From an uncultured Nitrososphaerales archaeon (GTDB taxonomy: Archaea > Thermoproteota > Nitrososphaeria > Nitrososphaerales > Nitrososphaeraceae): a DNA stretch of 64,000 bases. The stretch's first letter is position 1. Each line of letters opens with the position of its first letter. Shown here piece after piece: positions 11,177-22,589 of the stretch. The notes under the pieces were generated by a model. That model did not search any database. It saw nothing but the letters and a program-made list of their open reading frames with translations, and was not told where the DNA came from. Made by a program: the position numbers and the translations under genes. The stretch covers positions 160,001 through 224,000 of the forward strand of contig CAVQMO010000003.1 of NCBI GenBank assembly GCA_963713605.1. The letters are read 5' to 3'.

Positions 11177-11633
11177 AATTGAGATAGTCCTTCTAACAGG
11201 GAGGAATAAAGAAAGACGAGAGGCCAAAACTGGTATTTGATCGTCATGAGATGGACGCAATAGTGAAAGCCACTTACTATATAGGGTAACGTATGTTGGC
11301 CGGTTTGTATTTAGTTATAGATTAAGAAGCTACGTTTCATATGTTGCTTCATCGCTCCAGCATATAGTACGCCCACGCTTGGTCGCCTGGAAGACGACGC
11401 AGATTGTTCGGCACAAATTATTGAAACACCATTGATTTGTACTTGTTCCTCTATTCTTGATTTTGTTCTATCTACTGACGCATTTTCATAAGATAATGCT
11501 TCATTTAGTTTGTCAATTAAGCTCTGAAAGTAATTGCATCTTATTATCATAGCTCTTACTATAATACAAACACTTTTCATGCTCTACCAAATTATTTAAG
11601 ATTGTTTCTCAAAGAGTCAGCAAATTATTATTT

Positions 11634-12651
11634 TTATGTTGATAATACTAATTTCAACATTTGAGAAGCTTGCTCAATCGCACCTCTTGGTGCCGGATCA
11701 TCAGTAATTGTATTCAACATCACAAAGTCATGAATGGTACCATGATATCGAACAGCAGTAACACGAACACCTGCCTCCAATAGCTTGAGCGCATACGCTT
11801 CACCCTCATCACAAAGTACATCATTCTCGCCGTTTATAATAAGTGCTGGCGGCAAACCACTTAGTTGGTCAATTGAAGTCTGAAGTGGAGAGACTTTTGG
11901 GTCCTTTAAATTGGTCTGATCGGAAGTGTAATTTTTCCAGAACCATTTCATTGCCTCGCGGGTAAGCCAGTACCCTTGTTCGTATTTCATATAAGAAGGT
12001 GTATCAAAGCTGGCATCAGTAACTGGATAGAAAAGCACTTGGAATCTAATTGAGGGTCCTCCACGTTCCTTGGCAAGCAATGTAAGGGCGAGCAGTAAGA
12101 TTACCTCCTACACTATCTCCAAGCACAGCCATACGAGACGGATCCACATTGATGGATTTACCATTTTGAGCGACCCATTTTGTAGCAGTATATGCCTGCT
12201 CCAGGGCAATAGGATATTTTGCTTCAGGAGACGGGGTGTAGTTAACAAAAACAATGGCAACGTTCGCCTTGTTAGCAAGCTCTCTAACCAATCTCTCATG
12301 GGTATCAAATCCACCAAGAACCCATCCACCCCCATGGATGTGTATAACAACGGGTAACATTTCATGGCCGCTATCTGTAGGTCGGACTATGGTGATAGAT
12401 ACATTTTTCCCGTCTGGACCATCTGAGATAGTACGATTCTCTATATCAGCGGGAAGCTTTTGGACAGGAACACTCGCCTGAAGTGTAGATAATACTTCAC
12501 GAGCCTTTTCTGGTGACAAAGTGTAAATTGGTGGTCCTCCTTGGTCCTTCAGGTCATTTAAAAGAGCTCGAGCGTTCTGTTCAAGCTCTCTGTATTGGCT
12601 TTTACTCATAGAGAGTAAAAATGGTCTCTGGTTATTACGGCTTTCGTTCAT
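11634..12651 (-). CDS. HSL-family (family IV) esterase/lipase, split by a +1 frameshift near 12090
   Basis: HIHGGGW, GDSVGG, ENDVLCDEG and HDF motifs across ORFs 12046..12651 and 11634..12080. Confidence 0.88.
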
Positions 12652-13415
12652 GCCGAAAGCAATTTAATGTATTCCCATAGTCTTTATTGCATATGACTAT
12701 GCCAAAAATTGGATACCAAACACAATAATCTCGGTGGCCATTTTATCCCCTGATAGAACAATACCATTTGAAAACAATTAATTCCGCAATAACTCCCTGC
12801 ATCTACCATACTCAGTAGCTAAAGTTAGAAACAAACCTCTGGTGAACTTTGTAATTAAGTGCGTTGATAATTATAGCCCAAGTATATTCCAAGTCCTTTG
12901 GAGATAGATAATGAAAACTAAACGGACATAACCTGATTCGTTAATTCCAATTCCTTCTTTCAACATGCACAGATGGTTATATCCTTCACCATTATAATAT
13001 ACTATTATATTATTTATAAATAAGGGTGGTACTTCCTTATCTTAATCCATAAAAGCAACCATACATTCCTAAAGTAGCAGTTATAAGAAGTCCAAGCGGC
13101 ATAGGATATGAAACATCTCTTTTGAGAGAAGCTAATTTGCAATTTAAGAAATAGAAAGTCTGACGTCAATGATCTATAAACTCGGGAAATCCACCACCTA
13201 TCGATACAAAGACATCCCCGTCCAATACACTAAAGTTTAGTTTTCCATTTGATGTATTTATTAATGCTATATCAGTTGTGCAAATCTGATTATACAATGA
13301 GCGTACATGATTCATCACGATCTTAATCATTATTTTCTTGAGATCGCGAAGAAGTAATCTTGAATCTTCTGACGAATCAGCTAATGCTAATTAATTAGGG
13401 TGATAACAAAAAGAC

Positions 13416-15002
13416 ATGCAAAAAGTTGAGAAGCACTATACTTCTCCTTGGATAACACTTGCAATATTGAGCGGCCTGGGAATTGTCGCAATGTCTTCTG
13501 AAACTACGGTCCTGCCAGCCATTCCAGAGATCATTGTAGATCTTGGCATTTCCTATGAAGATTCATCTTGGATACTCGCTGCTCCTTTGGTCACGGGAGC
13601 TGTTATGACTCCGATTGCAGGTAAGTTGTCAGATACCTACGGCAAAAAGAGAATACTGCTGATAATTTTTGGGATTTTCATATTAGGCTTTTTGGTAGGA
13701 GCTTTTACAACCAATTTTCTTACCCTTATTGTGGCTAGGGTGATGATGGGAATTGGCATATCGATATTTCCTATAGCCTTTAGCATTATAAGAGATAAAT
13801 TTCCCCCAGAGAAGCTCGCAATAGGTCAGGGCATATTTAGCTCCACTTTATCTGGCGGTGCTGTGATAGGTTTGGTAATAGGTGGAGGAATAGTTGAGAA
13901 CTATGGATGGCGTGCAATATTCTTATTCATGCTGCCAGTTACTGCAATGCTCTTTGTAGTAATCGCAAAATTTGTACACGTAAAGGAAGTCGAACAACAA
14001 CAGTTGATTTCAAATAAAGGCTCCGAATTTTGTTGTACATTTACTCATGTCCGGAAAGATATATTATTAACAGAGAATACTAATGCATATACTGTTGCAG
14101 GTATTAATAACGAAGACGCAAGACCAAGCAAGAGTTTAGACATAAAAGGAGCACTGACGCTATCGATTACAATAGTCTTATTTCTTGTCACGCTTCAACT
14201 TTTTGAAAATGATACCTCGTCAAACAATTTTATACAAATTATCTTGTTTTCAACCGTATCAGTTATCTCTCTAATTCTGTTTGTAAGAACAGAAAAGAAA
14301 GCACCTTTTCCGTTGATTGATTTCAAGTTGCTTAGAAACAAAACCATACTTTCTGCAAATATAATTAATATGATTGTGGGCCTCACTGCATTAATGGTGG
14401 TATATCAGGCTCTGCCTATTTTAATTCAAAGTCCACCGCCATCAGGGTTTGGAGGCAATGCATCAAGTATAGCACAGGTTCAACTGCCATATATGATAGT
14501 GTCATTGATATTCTCTGTAGCATCTGGTTTTGTAGTATCTAAATTCGGAAATCTTAAGCCTACTACAATAGGGACCATTATTACTTCAGTAGGTTTTTTC
14601 ATCCTTTTTATGTTTCATTCTACAGAAGCCTCAATCGCTACCGTGCTTATCCTGGTGGCTATTGGACTAGCCTTGATGCAGATTGGTTCAGTAAATGTCG
14701 TGCTGACGTCAACTCCAAAACAATACAGCGGAGTATCATTAGGGATGAATCTACTAATATATCTTATAGGGGCCTCTGTGGGACCAGTAATTGCTGGAAC
14801 GTTTATGCAAGCAAACCAGATATCTATAGAATCTGAGACAAATAATATTTCAGCCTCATTCCCATCTCCAGAATCGTATGATCTAACATTCCTTGCTGCT
14901 GTGTTGATTGCCCTAATATCAATCGTATTTGCAATGCTACTCGTTAGTAGTACTAAAAACAAGAAGGGAGACACTAGAGAACTGGGAATTCTAAGTAAAT
15001 GA
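13416..15002 (+). CDS. MFS transporter (14-TMS drug:H+ antiporter type)
   Basis: GKLSDTYGKKR motif A, ARVMMGIG, GWRAIF, LDIKGA, PLIDFKLL; about 14 TM segments. Confidence 0.9.
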   Translation: MQKVEKHYTSPWITLAILSGLGIVAMSSETTVLPAIPEIIVDLGISYEDSSWILAAPLVTGAVMTPIAGKLSDTYGKKRILLIIFGIFILGFLVGAFTTNFLTLIVARVMMGIGISIFPIAFSIIRDKFPPEKLAIGQGIFSSTLSGGAVIGLVIGGGIVENYGWRAIFLFMLPVTAMLFVVIAKFVHVKEVEQQQLISNKGSEFCCTFTHVRKDILLTENTNAYTVAGINNEDARPSKSLDIKGALTLSITIVLFLVTLQLFENDTSSNNFIQIILFSTVSVISLILFVRTEKKAPFPLIDFKLLRNKTILSANIINMIVGLTALMVVYQALPILIQSPPPSGFGGNASSIAQVQLPYMIVSLIFSVASGFVVSKFGNLKPTTIGTIITSVGFFILFMFHSTEASIATVLILVAIGLALMQIGSVNVVLTSTPKQYSGVSLGMNLLIYLIGASVGPVIAGTFMQANQISIESETNNISASFPSPESYDLTFLAAVLIALISIVFAMLLVSSTKNKKGDTRELGILSK

Positions 15003-15629
15003 ATGATTCTAAATATGTTAGCAACAGTGTTGCAAACTTAATTGGAGACAAAATTCGTATGGAACAACTCTTACTCATCACTTCATTCCCAATGTTCAAG
15101 GACATACTAGCCTATCCTAGAGGTTTAGATTTAATCCAATCTCATATTAATACGAATAGATTGAGGATGGCTATTCCAGAATTATTCCTGATTTTTTTAA
15201 AAAAATGATTCTAGATATTCAATAAAATTAAAGAATTCTGGTAACAAGGAGCGGTAAATAATACTCTGCTTTTAACAATATAGCCTTATCATTCTGTAAG
15301 ATATAGTGTGTGTAGCGAATGTCGAGAGTATTTTCTTCTGCTCCTCTATTTCTATCCTAAATTTAGAACAAAATTTTTCGGACATAAGGTATCAATTATG
15401 AATGAAATAGTTTAACTACTTTAGAAGCGAGGAAACTTGACCGTCACTCATTGCTGGTAGACCATCAATTACATGCCAAGTTTCCAGCATTTTCCCGTTT
15501 CGAAGCCGGTAAATGCTCATCCCTCTGTAATTAATTTTCTGCGAATTTGATGAATGTCAGAGTCATTGGCGCTGGATTTAATTTCTGCATTTCTTATGAG
15601 ATGGGAGTGTGTAACAAGCAGATTTTGGT

Positions 15630-15914
15630 CTAACTTCTAGAAAATATGTAGTAATATAAGTACGTACTTATAGTCAGGTCATTCCGACCCGAGCTATCGC
15701 TTCGCACGCTCTCACATATTGACCAATTTTTACTTTTGAACTATTGTAGCTTATACTGACAAAAGTTACTATTCCATCTGCTGCAGCAAGAACAGGTATT
15801 TCTACATCAACTACAAAATCAATCGCATTTCGAAGATTCCCCAAATGAGCTTGCGCTGTAACTGATTCTTCGGTACAGGCAGCTTATATCTATCAATAGC
15901 ACTTTTACTAACAT
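15630..15914 (-). pseudogene. Decayed copy of an M23 family peptidase
   Basis: MLVKVL / SAIDRYKLPVPK...AHLGNLRNAIDFVVDVEIPVLAAADGIVTFV...YNSSKVKIGQYVRACEAIARVGMT, homologous to 55989..56429 with internal deletions. Confidence 0.75.
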
Positions 15915-15980
15915 GGTTTTATTTTCTACTATTACTACTGTTCCAATCAATCCTGTCTTGATGTCGACCATTTTATGTAT

Positions 15981-16262
15981 TCATTGACCGAAATATCCTG
16001 GACGGTCTCTCTTATATTTCGAGTTCAGTTCTTGTTCAGTAATCTTTAGTTTTACTTTTCCGTCTTGATACTCTTCCAATAGTTCTCTATCCAACCTATA
16101 ATATCTGGCATGGATTATCTTATCTTTCACAACAAATTGGTCATTTTCTAGTCCATCTACATGACCCACATGCTTGTCATCACTTGTATAAACGGGTTTC
16201 GTTATTATTTCACCCCAATCAAAATCTCGTTCATCCGAATTCATAAGTACATTTATTTGCAT
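15981..16262 (-). CDS. Small PRC-barrel-like hypothetical protein
   Basis: WGEIITKPVYTSDDKHVGHVDGLENDQFVVKD...YYRL...DGKVKLKITEQEL follows the PRC-barrel pattern; distantly similar to the gene A copies at 58-62 kb. Confidence 0.7.
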   Translation of the reverse strand: MQINVLMNSDERDFDWGEIITKPVYTSDDKHVGHVDGLENDQFVVKDKIIHARYYRLDRELLEEYQDGKVKLKITEQELNSKYKRDRPGYFGQ

Positions 16263-16777
16263 AACCTAATATAGCCTCTCGGGTAACACAATAATTTTCT
16301 GCATATATATTGTAACTTTATCTCAGATCGTATCGGATCGAAGCGTGGGATATACTTTAAATTTCATGAAAGTAAATTATGTCAGTTAGATAGTCACATG
16401 AATGTCTTATTTATCCAACAATCTCTTCATACAGCAAATTCATCAACATAAAATAATTCTCTATTTCTGAAATAGATAATTCTCTATGACAATTATGACA
16501 GTATATTGGATCTTTCAATTCATTTCCCCACATCTTTGACTTAGATATCGTGGCTCTCCATTTACTGTTGCAACCATACGCTATAACTCACCATATTCGC
16601 CACTTCTTTACATTTCATATGTGACTCGTCTTACATAAGGCTTTACTTAGAGATTTATATAAATGATGAATACCAGGATCTGTGAATGCACACAAATCCA
16701 TAGTTAATTCATCACATGTCCTCGTCCATATGATTAATGGTAGAAGTACCATCAGGTTCAGCGAGCTTGTAGTCGTC

Positions 16778-17371
16778 ATGACAGCTAGTCATGATCTGAG
16801 AATTGCAGTTGTAACAGGCAGCTCAAGTGGAATAGGATACGAAACATCTCTTCTGTTAGCAAGAAATCAAATCACAACATATGCGACTATGAGAAATATG
16901 AGCAAGAGCAACGGGTCAAGAGAAATTGCTTCCAAGGAAAAAATTCCACTAAACGTAGCTCAATTGGATGTAAATAATGACCCATCAGTAGAGAGTGCAA
17001 TAGATTTCATTATCAAAGAAAATGCTAAGATAGATTTGTTGGTTAATAATGCAGGCTAAGACTTGTTTGGTTCTCTTGAAGAATTGAGTATTGATGAGAT
17101 AAAGCAATTTGAAACAAATTTCTTTGTTGTAATAAGAGTTACGAAAGCCGTGATACCAACAATGAGAAAACAGCGTGGAGGTACCATCGTTAATATGAGT
17201 TCAATTGGTGGAAGAATTGGATTATTTCCATTCGAAACTGTTTACCATGCAAGCAAGTTTGCCTTAGAAGATTCATATCCTAACTATCACTTACTAGACC
17301 CAAATGTACAGGACCGATTCATATACAATACAATACGTCTAGTAGTGGTAGTAGTAGTAGCAATTAACTGA
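16778..17371 (+). pseudogene. Short-chain dehydrogenase/reductase, disrupted
   Basis: VVTGSSSGIG, NNAG followed by an in-frame TAA (17057-59), NMSS and YHASK. Homology ends after about 17270. Confidence 0.85.
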
Positions 17372-18178
17372 TCAAGACATAGAAATGCAATGCTAGAGAA
17401 AGCATACACAGTATTAAGTGAGAACGTAGTAAGGAAGAAACAATTAGTTCCGACATACGGTTATAAGCACTATGAAGAGACTGGAAAAGACGATATCATT
17501 AGTTCATCCAACAGTCAACGAAAAGCTATCTCTAAAGCGACTTGCTAAGGGCTATCAATGGACTGAGATGCATCGACATAATGCCAGAGAAGCTCAAAAG
17601 CGACGTTATCTTACATAATCACATCCACTTAAAGGTTCTAACTGACCTCTGGATTGGTGTGCACATATTTCTGAGGCACTATTGAGATACTATAAAAAGA
17701 ATCCTGTGTGGAACAAAGGCATACATATCCATAGCGAAGAGACAAGGAGCGCCGCATCAGTGAATCATGCAAAAAATTAGGAGTTGGTAAATTCAATAAG
17801 TATAAGAAAAGGAAGAGAGAGGTGATTTTATAGGCAAGGTTAGACAAAGAAGCAACATCGCACGATGAGGTCAGCTATAGTAAGCTAACTCCAGAACAGC
17901 GTGATGGTATAAGCAAGAACCAGTGCCCCTACTGCAAAAATCTTATCACATAAGACAACGTAACATCAAAATTAAGATACTGTTTTGATGTACTACCTAC
18001 TCAACTAGGGAACAGATATTAGGGTCGTTCATAATTCATTATTCTCCTTTATGGATTAGGTTTTGGATATACAACTTAAATTGGAATACAAGAGCTGAAT
18101 CAATTCTATTAATGATCACGCTTATCAGTACATCATCCCGACCCTGATACGTCATATGTATTGTGAATACTCTTTTGA

Positions 18179-18961
18179 TTATTGAGTCTTTTTGACAGGG
18201 AACTTGCTGCAACTCCCGCAGCAAAAAATAGTTGCGCCGACTATTATGACAAGGGGTCCTGCTGGAACATTCACGTAGCTTGATAAGGTGACACCCAATG
18301 TTGCACTGGCCAGGCCGAAGATAGCGCTCATGAGGGAATAGTGGGAGAGGGTGGAGCTGATATTCTTTGCCGCAGCTGCAGGAACTATCACTAGAGCTCC
18401 CACTAGCAGCGTTCCAACCTCTTTTATTCCGACTGCAACTATTGCGGCAACTAGGAAGAGATAGATCAAATTGATTCTCTCGACCTTTATCCTGCTTGCG
18501 ATGGCGAGTTCTTTAGAAATCATGCTCACAACCAGTTTCTCGTAAATTGTCCTCGTAATTAAAAGCACACATACAGATACTAAAACTGTAATTATTGTGT
18601 CGGTGAGAGTTAGTTTGGAAACATCACCAAACAATGCCTCGAGTAGATCTACTTTTGGTGTGATAAGTATCCCTATCGCAAGTGCCAAGACGAATAGTAC
18701 TCCTATGATTGCCTCCACCGAGAGAGATGTTGATTTTTGAAGATACCAAGTGACAATCACTGTTGCTGCTAAGAATGCAAAAGCACCAATGAACGGATTG
18801 AAGTTGAACAGTATTCCAAGTGCAACACCTGGGAGAGCAACATGAGAAAGCGCATCACCGACCAGTGACATGTGCCTTGATACCATGATCGAGCCAAGAT
18901 AACCTGCAGTTAATCCTACAAATATGCCCACTATAAGTCCAAAAGTAATAGTGTCCGGCAA
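18179..18961 (-). CDS. Zn/Mn ABC transporter permease (ZnuB/MntB family)
   Basis: SLVGDALSHVALPG, LFGD, VGTLLVGALVIVPAAAA, PAGPLVI. The extreme C-terminus is probably shifted at an A6 run near 18225. Confidence 0.92.
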   Translation of the reverse strand: MPDTITFGLIVGIFVGLTAGYLGSIMVSRHMSLVGDALSHVALPGVALGILFNFNPFIGAFAFLAATVIVTWYLQKSTSLSVEAIIGVLFVLALAIGILITPKVDLLEALFGDVSKLTLTDTIITVLVSVCVLLITRTIYEKLVVSMISKELAIASRIKVERINLIYLFLVAAIVAVGIKEVGTLLVGALVIVPAAAAKNISSTLSHYSLMSAIFGLASATLGVTLSSYVNVPAGPLVIIVGATIFCCGSCSKFPVKKTQ

Positions 18962-18971
18962 TAAGTATCAC

Positions 18972-19703
18972 CTACTCCTTATAATACTCCTCCTCCGATA
19001 GAGCGAACTCATTTCCATATATTATGTTCAACAGCTGCGAATGAGTGAGGCTCTTTGCATCACCGAAGAACAACGCTTGCTTATTTAGGGCTAACACGTA
19101 GTCGGCGTAGTGCATCACAACATGCATATTGTGAGTAATGAGTAGAATCGTTATTCCAACTTCTTTTTTTAGAGAATTTACCTTATCGTAGATCGGTTCC
19201 TCAGCGCCTATGTCTACACCAGAGGTAGGTTCATCGAACAGGAGCACATTTGGGTCGTCAACGATAGCCCAAGCGATCAGAAGACGCTGGAGCTCTCCTC
19301 CTGAAAGTGATCCAAGGCTTTGCCTGAGAATCTCCTTCTCCAGACCCACCGATCTTACGCATGCCTCTAGATCCGTCCTGCATTTGAATCTCAGAAACTC
19401 CTCGACCGATATGGGGAAATCCGTAGAGACTAGACTTTGAGGAACATAGCCCATTCTTACTTCATCGTTCCACCTTATCATTCCTGTGTATGGAATCAGA
19501 TTCAGTAGAGCTCTAAACAGAGTAGTCTTACCGCCTCCATTGGGACCAACGATTGCAAGTGATGTTCCTTTCTTCACTTTGAAGCTTATCTCTTTTAGAA
19601 TTGTCTTGTTCTGTGATCTGACGCCTAGCTCAGAGACGACCAGCATATCGCTCTTCCGAGACTGGTTAGAACCACTAGCCTGGGTTCTATGGACATCAGA
19701 CAT
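18972..19703 (-). CDS. Zn/Mn ABC transporter ATP-binding protein (ZnuC family)
   Basis: Walker A GPNGGGKT, GYVPQ, LSGGELQR, LLFDEPT, ITHN. Lies 10 bp upstream of the permease. Confidence 0.92.
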   Translation of the reverse strand: MSDVHRTQASGSNQSRKSDMLVVSELGVRSQNKTILKEISFKVKKGTSLAIVGPNGGGKTTLFRALLNLIPYTGMIRWNDEVRMGYVPQSLVSTDFPISVEEFLRFKCRTDLEACVRSVGLEKEILRQSLGSLSGGELQRLLIAWAIVDDPNVLLFDEPTSGVDIGAEEPIYDKVNSLKKEVGITILLITHNMHVVMHYADYVLALNKQALFFGDAKSLTHSQLLNIIYGNEFALSEEEYYKE

Positions 19704-20211
19704 CTTCAGTTGTTGATCCCTGTAGCGTAAAAGCCTTACTACCCTGTAATGTGTATCCCCAATAGGATAAAAAAACTAGAATCATGAATGCATGATCCAT
19801 ATTATTGTATGAACGATTGGAAGAAAAAGATCATGTCTGTAACAATCGGCGATGAATCCATTTAATACTACTATTTCTTGGTATATCACCTAGTCTAGAC
19901 GCTACTTGCTACGCCTCTTTCAGTCTAAAAAGTTTGTCACAGAACCGAGAAGCCACGCAGGAGTTGCATATGATAACCAGAATTGACAGTTGGTTCATAG
20001 ATCTTCAAGCTGCCATAGCCCCCTGTTCACTTCTGGACTTAGTTTGCCAGCTTTGATTGTGATTCTTGCCTCTTAGATAGTAAATGAGAATAGTTGAGGG
20101 CGTTTCGCAATGTACCGCGGCAGACTAACTATCGCCTTAATTAAATTTCCAGGTAACATAAGGCCAATGCAGACTATTTTGTTCTTTTCTTATCATATAC
20201 CAACTCGCACT

Positions 20212-20556
20212 TTATTCGTGAAGGAGCGATTGCCATTCTGCGGGTACCTGTCCAGCCGGTCCAGGTACGGGTTGGTCCAAGGGATGGGCGTGGGGGCCTG
20301 GTAGCTTAGGCCCGGTAAAGAAATCTCGTGTGCGGTAATCGTAGAACCAATTCTCCCCGTGCTCGAAGCTCGTGATAATGGGATGGCCGGTCTTCGCGTT
20401 GTGTTTTGAGGCATGTTGGCCTGGCGAGTTATCGCAACAGCCGATTCGCCCACATTCGGCGCATCTGCGGAGGTGTAGCCACCACCCGCTCGTTGCCAAG
20501 CAGTCAACGCAACCTGTACCGGTCGGTTTTGCTGTTGGATTGATACCCTCTCTCAA
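20212..20556 (-). CDS. UBP-type zinc finger domain protein (bacterial-like)
   Basis: GCVDC...WWLHLRRCAECGRIGCCDNSPGQHASKH...GHPIITSFEHGENWFYDY. The DNA is visibly GC-richer than its flanks. Confidence 0.9.
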   Translation of the reverse strand: MREGINPTAKPTGTGCVDCLATSGWWLHLRRCAECGRIGCCDNSPGQHASKHNAKTGHPIITSFEHGENWFYDYRTRDFFTGPKLPGPHAHPLDQPVPGPAGQVPAEWQSLLHE

Positions 20557-20694
20557 GTTTCATGGTCTCTCCTGTCTCATTTGTACCTAAACTGACTGTT
20601 GTAGTATATATCTATGTGAGATACAATTCGCCAGTATAACAAACAAGCCAACAGAACCAGTTTGTATTTGTACAAAACAACTAAGTCGCTATGT

Positions 20695-20803
20695 GTCTGC
20701 TAATATTCATGTGGTTTGGCAGGACGACAGTACCAGTCCTAGTGAAATATCCTACAGAAGGAAATGATGAGATATTATACAAAAGAAGTACTGGTGGCGG
20801 AGT
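20695..20803 (+). pseudogene. Fragment of an Asp-box repeat protein
   Basis: NIHVVWQDDSTSPSEISYRR and GNDEILYKRSTGGG, the same repeat family as 7567..8929. Confidence 0.6.
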
Positions 20804-21479
20804 TAACTAGGGCGAGTTGGTATAGAGCATTCGGCTGGTAAAGTAGATTGGTTATATGGAGGTGCGGGAGACGTGATCTTTGGAGAATTGCTCTCTGACT
20901 TAGACGATGACATTCCCCCTGATAGTGACGAGCTGCAGGGAGCACCAGATACGGTTTTTCCGTTAGATGAATCCGGAATTGAACCCATATTCATTGATCC
21001 TAATTCTTCTCCCTAGCACCACATTCCGATACATAAGCCACAGTTTACTAATATACTAAACCATTTGGAATAGTTCCTTTCTTATTTTGTGTTACTTCTA
21101 AGGATACCATAGTTACGAAATACTTTACAGACGGGACGCTGTCCCAAACTCTGATACAACCAGTAAAAGTAAGAAAGAACATTATGCAAGGAGGTAATAG
21201 CATAATTGAAGAGCAGACACTATACGAACGAGTTCCAGACCGCGAGGTATTGGAGGCATTTCTTCAATTCATGGACCTAAGATAGATAGGTATGGTAACT
21301 CAAACCGAAGGCCAAAAGTATCTAGTCGGCAAGGTGTCCTATCTTTGTTACTAATTCAAGAATAAGAGTCCACCTAGTTTTGGATTCAAGACTTTCAATC
21401 TTTAATCTCTATGAAATGATTAGTAGTAGATAAAAAATAAAATGTTGCTGTTTTAGTGTTTCAGAGAACTACCTATTGG

Positions 21480-21741
21480 TTACTTGCCGTTGCCGTTGCC
21501 AATCGATGGAAATTCTTGGGCACCTGCTAATGATGCTACGTTCTCATCGCCTTGCACCTGTGAGCCGACGTTCTCACATCCTACATTCAATGGTAGTTCA
21601 TCATTTCCACAAGCATTTGTTTGAGATATTGCTTGGTTCTTGTGATATTTGGTTGCATATGCGCTGTCTGCTGTTATTGCTGCCTGTTCCTACTAGCGTT
21701 GCTGCTATTACCATGACTATTGCGGCGTATTTGAAGCTCAT
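21480..21741 (-). CDS. Small secreted Gln/Asn/Cys protein, +1 frameshift near 21685
   Basis: MSFKYAAIVMVIAATLVGT, then (+1) AAITADSAYATKYHKNQAISQTNACGNDELPLNVGCENVGSQVQGDENVASLAGAQEFPSIGNGNGK*. Confidence 0.65.
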
Positions 21742-22589
21742 GTTTCTGCCAATTTGTGGGCGTCTTATATTTATGTAGATTAAGCAAAATCAGGCGATTA
21801 CATAAATCTGATATTTATTATAGTAAAAGTGTAAATAAAGCAAAATGCAATTTTATTTAAGGGACTTACTCCGCGTCCTAGAATCCTTCCTTCTTTAAGC
21901 AGATCCAGAACATCATTTGCTTCTGATTAAGTTAGGACCACGTGTCCTAACATTCATTTGGTTTCCTTAACTGGTCTTGAGATTAAATATCTCGCACATA
22001 CCCAAGAAATAAGCACATTAAACGTTATCATTTCGGCACCATCTGACACCAAATGAGACTTAACAGCAAGTGATCGTTGCGGTTAAATTATAAAAGTAGA
22101 TAATCCTTAACTAAATAGGGTTAACTTAATGAATATAAGAAATTGAACCCAGTTCATACAAAACTCAAATCTTTGGATGCATTTTTATAAGAGTTTTACA
22201 TGTGAATAAAGCGTTTTGAAAGAAATATTAACTGCAAATATGCCTTTTCTTTATTAAGAAGTAAGTTAAGCATCAATATACTAAAGTAATAGAAGAAAGG
22301 TGTTTCTCACCAAATACAAGCACAAGAAATGTTAATAAGCATCTATTTTTGCCGTCCTTATCGATCAGTAATGTTCGATCGCTAGGTTTGAGCACAATCG
22401 GCAAGGACCATAATGATGTTCGCGATTTTGGATGATGTGAAGAAGTTAGTTGGTTTATCAACAAAAATGTTAAGGGTAGTTGGTTACTGGAATGGAAAAT
22501 TTGAGCCATCAACTTGATGATACTGGCATGTTCGTTATACTAGAACAGTATGTGGTAAACACAAAATTAGTCCACTACAGATGCGGAAG

